45,260 bases of DNA, from NCBI GenBank assembly GCA_964529155.1, contig CAZGVV010000008.1:1-45260 (forward strand). Reading direction: 5' to 3'. Below, one piece after another: positions 30,456 to 37,114 of the stretch (position 1 is the first letter of the stretch; every line of letters begins with the position of its first letter). Both the position numbers and the translations under genes were made by a program. Source of the DNA: an uncultured Rickettsiales bacterium. GTDB lineage: Bacteria; Pseudomonadota; Alphaproteobacteria; Rickettsiales; SXRF01. The notes beneath the pieces are model-generated. The model was not told the DNA's origin. It was given only the letters and a program-made list of their open reading frames with translations, and did not search any database.

Positions 30456-31079
30456 ATGACCATCCGCGCCCTCCTGGTATTTACCTTTCTTTTACTGGCA
30501 CTTACCGCCACCACGCTGTGGATGACGCAGGGTGATGCCCGTAACACCCCTCCCTCAGTACAAAACCAAGCCCAGATTGGTGGCGCCTTTACGCTCACGG
30601 ATCAGCGTGGTCAAACGGTAAAAGATATGGATTTTAGAGGCCGATTGATGTTGGTTTACTTTGGTTTCACCAATTGCCCAGACCAATGCCCCTTAGCACT
30701 TGGCACGATTACCCAAGCTTTAGAAAAATTGGGCGGGGACTCCGCCCAAGTCGCACCGATTTTTATTACCGTTGATCCAACCCGGGATACACCTGAACGC
30801 TTGAAAGAATATTTAGGTAATTTTTCTCCCATGCTGATTGGCTTGACGGGAACGGATGCGCAAATCGCAGCGGCAACTAAAACCTATAAAGCGTATTATT
30901 CAGCGCCCGTATTGCAACACGATGAGCATGGGCATGCGGATCATGCCGAACATGCTTATAATGTCGATCATTCAGGCTTTTTCTATTTGATGGGACGCGA
31001 TGGCGCTTATCTTACGCACTTCTCTGCTGATATCACTGCGGAGCAATTAAGCACCGCGATTAAAACCTACCTCCACTAG
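30456..31079 (+). CDS. SCO1/SenC family copper chaperone (cytochrome oxidase assembly)
   Basis: N-terminal TM anchor, thioredoxin-fold CPDQCP motif and downstream DHSGFFYLM histidine motif. 207 aa. Confidence 0.85.
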   Translation: MTIRALLVFTFLLLALTATTLWMTQGDARNTPPSVQNQAQIGGAFTLTDQRGQTVKDMDFRGRLMLVYFGFTNCPDQCPLALGTITQALEKLGGDSAQVAPIFITVDPTRDTPERLKEYLGNFSPMLIGLTGTDAQIAAATKTYKAYYSAPVLQHDEHGHADHAEHAYNVDHSGFFYLMGRDGAYLTHFSADITAEQLSTAIKTYLH

Positions 31080-31081
31080 TT

Positions 31082-31720
31082 ATGCCCCAGCTGCGACGCG
31101 GTTTAATGTTTGTGCTTTCCTCCCCCTCTGGGGCAGGCAAGACAACGCTTTCACGCCGCCTGCTGGCACAGCAACAAGCCATTGATGGCGATTGCCCGAC
31201 CATGGCAATGTCCGTATCTGTTACTACCCGCCCTATGCGGCCAGGAGAGATTAGTGGACGCGATTATTTTTTCGTCGAACACACGGAATGTGCCCGCATG
31301 ATTGAAGCAGAAGAATTGCTGGAGCACGCGCAAGTATTTGATCATCACTATGGAACGCCCAAGCATTTTGTTTCTGAGCAGTTAGAACGCGGGATAGATG
31401 TTTTATTTGATATTGACTGGCAAGGTACGCGCCAGTTAGCAGCACAAGCACGGGCCGATTTGGTGAGCGTATTTATTTTACCCCCCTCCATGGCTGAACT
31501 GGAACGCAGGCTACGCACACGGGCTCAGGATAGCGAGGAAATCGTACAACGCCGCATGAGCAAAGCACGCGATGAAATCAGCCATTGGCAGGAATATGAT
31601 TACGTCCTGGTCAATGATGATCTGGATGCGACCTTGGCACGTATCAATGCCATTTTAATGGTTGAGCGCACAAAACGAGCACGTCAGTGCTGGCTAGAAG
31701 GATTTATCAGCGCATTATAG
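31082..31720 (+). CDS. gmk: guanylate kinase
   Basis: P-loop SSPSGAGKTTL, SVTTRPMRPGE, HYGTP and DIDWQG motifs. 212 aa. Confidence 0.92.
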   Translation: MPQLRRGLMFVLSSPSGAGKTTLSRRLLAQQQAIDGDCPTMAMSVSVTTRPMRPGEISGRDYFFVEHTECARMIEAEELLEHAQVFDHHYGTPKHFVSEQLERGIDVLFDIDWQGTRQLAAQARADLVSVFILPPSMAELERRLRTRAQDSEEIVQRRMSKARDEISHWQEYDYVLVNDDLDATLARINAILMVERTKRARQCWLEGFISAL

Positions 31721-32535
31721 CTGTTGGACAGGCGACACCATTCCTCGACATTTAATGTCTCTGCCCGGCGCGTGGGATCAATATTCGACCGGGTGAGTAA
31801 GCGCTCTGCTTCGGGAAACAATGATTTCAGTGCCGCACGTAACATTTTCCGGCGGTTGCCGAATCCGGCAGCAAGTACTTTTTCCAGCGCTCGCTTATCA
31901 GCCGCATAGAGCGGAGTAGGCCTTGGAATTAATGTCAGCACCGTAGAATGTACTTTTGGTGGCGGTGAAAAGGCACCGGGTGGGAGCACAAAGCGGGGCA
32001 CTACGTCACAAAGCCATTGGGCCATAACCGACAACCGTCCATAGTCTTTCGTATTCGGTGCGGATGCGATGCGATCTGCGACTTCCTGCTGAAACATCAG
32101 GGTAAGCGATTGGTAGGCGGTGGGATCAGCATAGATGTCCTCAAGCCAGCGGACTAATAACGCGGTACCCACATTATAGGGCAAATTCGCAACTATTTTG
32201 CGCGGGGCATTACACAATGTGGGGAGGGATATTTTCATGGCATCTGCATGCACAACGCGTAATTTATCGCTACTTACCGCCACCAATTCCTGCAGGGCTT
32301 CCACGCAACGTGCGTCCATTTCCACAGCAACCAGGCTGGCTGCTTTCGTCGCCAATACCGCACGTGTAAGCCCCCCCGGGCCGGGGCCAATTTCAATGAT
32401 GTTGCAACCTGCCATATCGCCCGCCTGAGCAGCGATTTTGGCGCAGATATTTTCATCAAGCAGGAAATGCTGACCCAGCGATTTTTTGGTGGCCAGCCCG
32501 TATTGGGCGATGGTGGATTTAAGGGAGGAGAGCAT
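31684..32535 (-). CDS. rsmA: 16S rRNA (adenine1518-N6/adenine1519-N6)-dimethyltransferase RsmA/KsgA
   Basis: KSLGQHFLLD, SAM motif IIEIGPGPGGLT, and NLPYNVGT. 283 aa. Confidence 0.92.
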   Translation of the reverse strand: MLSSLKSTIAQYGLATKKSLGQHFLLDENICAKIAAQAGDMAGCNIIEIGPGPGGLTRAVLATKAASLVAVEMDARCVEALQELVAVSSDKLRVVHADAMKISLPTLCNAPRKIVANLPYNVGTALLVRWLEDIYADPTAYQSLTLMFQQEVADRIASAPNTKDYGRLSVMAQWLCDVVPRFVLPPGAFSPPPKVHSTVLTLIPRPTPLYAADKRALEKVLAAGFGNRRKMLRAALKSLFPEAERLLTRSNIDPTRRAETLNVEEWCRLSNSYNALINPSSQH

Positions 32536-32579
32536 GCATTAACAGAGGTAGTGATATGAAAATCTTCATATCGCTTGTA

Positions 32580-33296
32580 CTATTCCTCTTCTGCCTTTTC
32601 ACCCGGAGGCACTTCTTCCAACGCGTAGCCTGCCGAGCGAACGGTACGAATGAGGTCCTGCTGACGTCCATCAAAATCGAGGCCTTTGCGCAGGCGGCGG
32701 ATGTGTACGTCTACCGTGCGCAGTTCGACATAAATATCATGGCCCCATACCGCATCAAGCAATTGCTCGCGCGAGAACACGCGGTTTGGGTGCTCCAGCA
32801 AATAACGTAGCAGGCTGAACTCGGTAGGGCTTAGGTGAATTTCCGTGCTGTTTCGGAACACTTTATGGGCTGCAACATCCATGGAAATATCGGCAAAGCC
32901 GAGCGTTTTTTCAGTTAATGCAGGACGGAAACGCCGAAATACAGCACGAATACGTGCCACTAATTCAGCAGGAGAAAAAGGTTTTACCAGATAATCATCG
33001 GCGCCTGCATCGAGGCCACGGATGCGGTCCCCTTCTTCACCGCGGGCGGAGAGCATGATGATAGGAGTTGCCTTGGTTTCAGCATGCCAACGCAACTGCC
33101 GGCATACATCGATGCCACTCATGGAGGGCAACATCCAGTCCAGCACAACAATGTCTGGGCGAACTTCTTTGACCAATGCCACCGCTTCTTCGCCGTCGCC
33201 GGTCGAGTATACACGGAAGCCTTCACGCTCCAGGTTATAACGCAGCAGCGTAACGATTGCCGCCTCGTCTTCCACAATCAAAACCGATGTCTCCAA
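32580..33296 (-). CDS. phoB: phosphate regulon response regulator PhoB (OmpR family)
   Basis: Receiver domain (VLIVEDEAAIV, VVLDWMLPSMSG, MLSARGEE, DDYLVKPF) plus winged helix (RTVDVHIRRLRKGL..IRTVRSAGYAL). TTG start with GGGAGA 7 nt upstream. Confidence 0.85.
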   Translation of the reverse strand: METSVLIVEDEAAIVTLLRYNLEREGFRVYSTGDGEEAVALVKEVRPDIVVLDWMLPSMSGIDVCRQLRWHAETKATPIIMLSARGEEGDRIRGLDAGADDYLVKPFSPAELVARIRAVFRRFRPALTEKTLGFADISMDVAAHKVFRNSTEIHLSPTEFSLLRYLLEHPNRVFSREQLLDAVWGHDIYVELRTVDVHIRRLRKGLDFDGRQQDLIRTVRSAGYALEEVPPGEKAEEE

Positions 33297-33383
33297 GCCG
33301 CATTCTCCCTATGGGGAATATAAAAGCGGCTTTACCATAACCTATTTTTTCGCAAAGGAAAAGTCATCCTTGCATATTTTACG

Positions 33384-36300
33384 CTACATTCGTCTTCCCA
33401 TGGGGATAAGTTGCAATTCTGGGCTATTATCCCGGGTTTGGGTGAGCTGCGTTAACACATTATAAAGGTTATTGATGACATTGAGCCGGTCTGAATAGTG
33501 CTGCCTATCGTCCTCTTTGTCATACCGCATCGTATGCCAGACTTCATGCGCCGCCGCCATCATGCCATGGGCGATCTTGTCCAGGGCTTTGACCAGTGGC
33601 CGCTCCGGTGGCAGGTGCGTATCTGCTTGCCGAATTTTTTCGGCAAAGCCTTTTGGGTTACCTAATTTATCCAGCAGGGTATCCAGACCATTTAATTTGC
33701 TGCATACTGTTTTTACAAATTCCTGCTGACCGCTTAGCTCACCCATCATACTCGCTACGGCAGGATCATAGTTTTTAATACCGGAGCGCATCACTTCAAT
33801 GGCACCGCGGAAGAATTTATGGTTTTTCATTTCGGTGAGAAACTTTGCTCCGCTCTCACAGTGAATGCCTAATTTCTGCAAATCTTCCTGGTTCATAGCG
33901 CTAAATTTCTCCAACGCTTCGCGGGTTCCAACCAAAAATGCCGGCATGTCTGCCATCTCAAATCCATATTCTTTGGTGATCATGCGGATATCATCATAGG
34001 ATTTTTCAATGAATTTTTGATGCGCGTCTTGATATGCTTTTTTTTGTTCTGGCGTTGCCCCCTCACCTGGCGGTGTTGGTGGTTGCGGTTTTTCAGAGCG
34101 TGCGGTCGGGCGTGACGTATTGGCTTTATTTAATGGCATGGCGGCTAAAAACGTCTGTGCCGCTGGATTTTTGCGTACGGTTTCCTGGAAAATTTCAGAT
34201 GCCTTATCTGCAAGCCACGTGATGCCTTTTTCATATTCGGCCATTTGCTTTTTTACATCATCATCATTCTCACGCTCTTTTGCCCGTTCACGATTGGTGA
34301 GCAAGCCAAGCATGATACTGGCGATATTATATTTCGCATGCGCCGGTGAGGTGCCCATGGCGGTTGGCAGATCAGCCTGGATGGTAGCGTCGTGGATGAG
34401 CTGATTGATCTGCAATTCATCGGGCACCATGTCTTCCATCACACCCAGCTCAACTGTGCCGCCACGATCCGTGCCGCGGCCAGGTCCACGCATGAAGCGC
34501 ACTTCGATACCCGCTTTTTTGTATTTTTCATGCAGCGTTCGCATGGCTTTGAAAATTGCCCAGCGCGAACCGAGCATGCCGCCAGTTGCTGCTGAATCAC
34601 TGAATCCAACCATGAATTCCGCCACAGGTTTTCCAGCATGCAATTTTTCGCCGCGTGCTTTGTAATAGCTTCCAGCGATTTCTTTATCCGCTATCAGCGC
34701 ATCGGCAATTTTTTCTGCGTTTTGCAAATCTTCAATCGTCTCCAGTAGCGGCATAATACCAATGTCAGTACGCTTCACTGTGCCAGTATTTTTTTCAATC
34801 TCGGCAAGCCCGGTTTCCTGCATCAATTTTAGCATGATGTAGAAATCTTTTGGCGCGCTGAAATTGGCGATCTGATAACGCGTCGCCACTTTATCATTAG
34901 GGAATTCATCGATGGAATGTTTCAACACAACCATGCGGCGAATGATGTTCATGAGAATGGCGCGATCCCCTTTTTTATCAATTCCTTTTAATTTTGTACG
35001 TAATCCATCCGAATTCAAATAATCCGTTTCCGCTAAATAAGTACTTACGCGATCCTGTTCTTCTGACGGCAATGAAACTCTAAAGCCCATTCGTTCGCTG
35101 TAATCATCAAATGTAAATCCCAGTTTGAACGCCTTATTATTGACAGTAAATTCGCTAACTGCTTCCAGAGCATTTTTAAATTGGGTAGCAATCGGGTAGC
35201 CACCATTATGCTGAATCTGCTCTAAATGCTCAAATGTCACTTTTGACAAATCTTTTTCATGCTCATCACGTTTTACGTTTGGCTCAATGATGTTCCAATT
35301 ATTTTTGATGAGAACACTATTTTCTTTAATAATTTGATTCCACGTCTGATGATATTTTCCAACTACTGCTAGGGTGTCGTCTTTAATTTGCTCAGGAATG
35401 AGATTGTATCCGCGTTTAATAACTTCTTGGGCGAAATCCGTCTTATCTTGATCGTTTAACTGAAGAAATATCGAGTTAAGCGGATCAACCCAAACTTTAC
35501 TTTTACGACCGTTTTTTTCACTATTGCCATTGTCTTTAGAATCGTGGCCATTATCCCCATTGTTGTAATTTTCTTTCCGCGCCTGCATAAATTCATCGCA
35601 GAAATCATTGAATTTTTGCTTATTTACTTCTTTTCCTTCGTGATTGCCTTTCTTGGCCCAATAATATTTGTTTTGAAACAACGAACTCATCAGCTGTTGA
35701 TGATCACGCGAATTTTGGCGGAAATCGAGGATAGGACCGGTATATTTTCCGTCCTTCACGTCGTCGTGAATAAAACGGTATAATTCCACTGCGGTGGATG
35801 CCGGTCTTCCGTCGGCATCAGCAGTACGCCCCCAGCTGCGCTCTTCATAGAGAGCTTTGTCTTTTACTTTTAGCGTTTCAAGCAGATCATTGTGCTGAGC
35901 ATATTTGTTTTGCATCGCTTGTACGGCTTCATCCCAGTCATTTTTCACTTCCGCAAAGGCCGCTTTAATTTTAGCAAGATTATCCACTTCCTTTAAATGC
36001 TCTTCTTGAATGGTGACCTGGTTGAAAGGCGTCAGTGGATTGTTTTTAGCACTGCTGATTTTGGCGTGTTCCACCCAGCTATTGAGCAATGCTTCTGTAT
36101 TTTTGAATGTATCAAGTCCTGCGCTTGCTACGGCAAGGGGTGGGATTTCTCCTTCTTTGGAAAGCCATAATTTACTAGAGTTTTCTGATTTAAATTCTTC
36201 TGCAATAGCTTGCTGATTCTGCTGCTCTTGAACTTTTCCACCTTCTAACAACTCGGTAAGCTGCTGTACATTTTGCCTTCCCCACGCTGAATGCCAGCCC

Positions 36301-36872
36301 ACAGGGTGTACGGTATGAATGAAGCTGACAAGCATCATGTCCAAAGATTCCCCAAGCGTTTTAAGCTTAGATTCAGCATTATCCTGATTTAGTATGCCTT
36401 CTAAATAGCGACTGAAGCGTTCCTTTGGCGAGGGAAAATGCACGGCAGCTTCATAGTGATGCACAGCTTCAAGCACCATGGAATCTAACACCATCAAATT
36501 GGTTAAAGCCGTAAGTTCTGAGTTTAGCTTACCCCCTTTTTGGGGATAAAGTGTTGCGAGTGCTTCTTGCTGAATGGTGCCTAATATTTCTACGCGCTTT
36601 TCCGTAGTTGCAGCGGCATATGCATCTGTATTTTTTATACATGCATTGAGAAAATCCAACGTTTCTTGTGTGACCAATCCTTTTTCAACGGCAATTTCAT
36701 GCAACCGATCAATTAATAGATCGCTGTTATGCGAACGCGTGGCGTCTACCTGATTGAGGGGATCTTTTTCTTTAAGTAAATCACGAAGAGTATCCCTTTT
36801 TTCGCTCTCATTTTGTTTGGACAATTTTTGTATTAAAGTGTCATTTCTTTTCTTATTGAAAGCAAAACTCAT
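33384..36872 (-). CDS. highly divergent, expanded phosphoenolpyruvate carboxylase-like protein (1162 aa); function uncertain
   Basis: Collinear matches to PEPC landmark motifs: IHTVHPVG (TAHPTE), SWGRTADADGRP (SWMGGDRDGNP), LDFRQNS (IDIRQES), MPLLETIEDL (PLFETLDDL), VGFSDSAATGG (IGYSDSAKDAG) and FMRGPGRGTDRGG (FHGRGGSIGRGG). Several catalytic positions are substituted, and a large insertion is present. Confidence 0.75.
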   Translation of the reverse strand: MSFAFNKKRNDTLIQKLSKQNESEKRDTLRDLLKEKDPLNQVDATRSHNSDLLIDRLHEIAVEKGLVTQETLDFLNACIKNTDAYAAATTEKRVEILGTIQQEALATLYPQKGGKLNSELTALTNLMVLDSMVLEAVHHYEAAVHFPSPKERFSRYLEGILNQDNAESKLKTLGESLDMMLVSFIHTVHPVGWHSAWGRQNVQQLTELLEGGKVQEQQNQQAIAEEFKSENSSKLWLSKEGEIPPLAVASAGLDTFKNTEALLNSWVEHAKISSAKNNPLTPFNQVTIQEEHLKEVDNLAKIKAAFAEVKNDWDEAVQAMQNKYAQHNDLLETLKVKDKALYEERSWGRTADADGRPASTAVELYRFIHDDVKDGKYTGPILDFRQNSRDHQQLMSSLFQNKYYWAKKGNHEGKEVNKQKFNDFCDEFMQARKENYNNGDNGHDSKDNGNSEKNGRKSKVWVDPLNSIFLQLNDQDKTDFAQEVIKRGYNLIPEQIKDDTLAVVGKYHQTWNQIIKENSVLIKNNWNIIEPNVKRDEHEKDLSKVTFEHLEQIQHNGGYPIATQFKNALEAVSEFTVNNKAFKLGFTFDDYSERMGFRVSLPSEEQDRVSTYLAETDYLNSDGLRTKLKGIDKKGDRAILMNIIRRMVVLKHSIDEFPNDKVATRYQIANFSAPKDFYIMLKLMQETGLAEIEKNTGTVKRTDIGIMPLLETIEDLQNAEKIADALIADKEIAGSYYKARGEKLHAGKPVAEFMVGFSDSAATGGMLGSRWAIFKAMRTLHEKYKKAGIEVRFMRGPGRGTDRGGTVELGVMEDMVPDELQINQLIHDATIQADLPTAMGTSPAHAKYNIASIMLGLLTNRERAKERENDDDVKKQMAEYEKGITWLADKASEIFQETVRKNPAAQTFLAAMPLNKANTSRPTARSEKPQPPTPPGEGATPEQKKAYQDAHQKFIEKSYDDIRMITKEYGFEMADMPAFLVGTREALEKFSAMNQEDLQKLGIHCESGAKFLTEMKNHKFFRGAIEVMRSGIKNYDPAVASMMGELSGQQEFVKTVCSKLNGLDTLLDKLGNPKGFAEKIRQADTHLPPERPLVKALDKIAHGMMAAAHEVWHTMRYDKEDDRQHYSDRLNVINNLYNVLTQLTQTRDNSPELQLIPMGRRM

Positions 36873-36968
36873 AAAACCCTCAGACTTGGTTATTTAAAGG
36901 TTAATGACACTATCTGCATATCAACATCCTGCCAAGCGATTATTTATTATTATTAAGGGATTCACCCC

Positions 36969-37085
36969 CTAATTTAAGTTCTTCAGGAAGATTTGCACTT
37001 TAACAGTCGTGCCCTGGCTAAAGTCGCGGTCACTGGTAAAATCGTGGCCTGCCGTGGTTTGAACAGTAAGACATTCATTTTGAAA
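36969..37085 (-). other. out-of-frame 3' coding remnant of lptD (canonical C-terminal beta-strands)
   Basis: A different frame from the lptD ORF reads FQNECLTVQTTAGHDFTSDRDFSQGTTVKVQIFLKNLN*. This follows the LptD C-terminal pattern (compare E. coli GVQYSSCCYAIRVGYERKL...AIGFNIELRGL). Confidence 0.65.
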
Positions 37086-37114
37086 TACAAAAGATAGTTT
37101 TGAAAAATCTCTCC

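Noticed and set aside
30124-30459. 111-aa plus-strand ORF whose TGA overlaps the SCO1 ATG (ATGA), suggesting translational coupling
   Set aside because: In the sampled stretch 30241-30300, the codon first positions of the minus-strand frame are far more purine/G-rich (15 of 19) than this frame (11 of 20). The minus ORF also spans the whole gap. I kept the minus ORF, but this call is not certain.
36888-36909. Pho-box-like signal upstream of the PEPC-like gene: TGTCAT half-site plus two direct repeats, (A/T)TAACC on the coding strand (GGTTAAT and GGTTATT on the plus strand), spaced 11 bp apart
   Set aside because: Only the first half matches the CTGTCAT consensus; the second half matches 4 of 7. 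The repeats end about 15 nt before the ATG, overlapping where the RBS and 5' UTR must be. That is not the usual position for PhoB activation.
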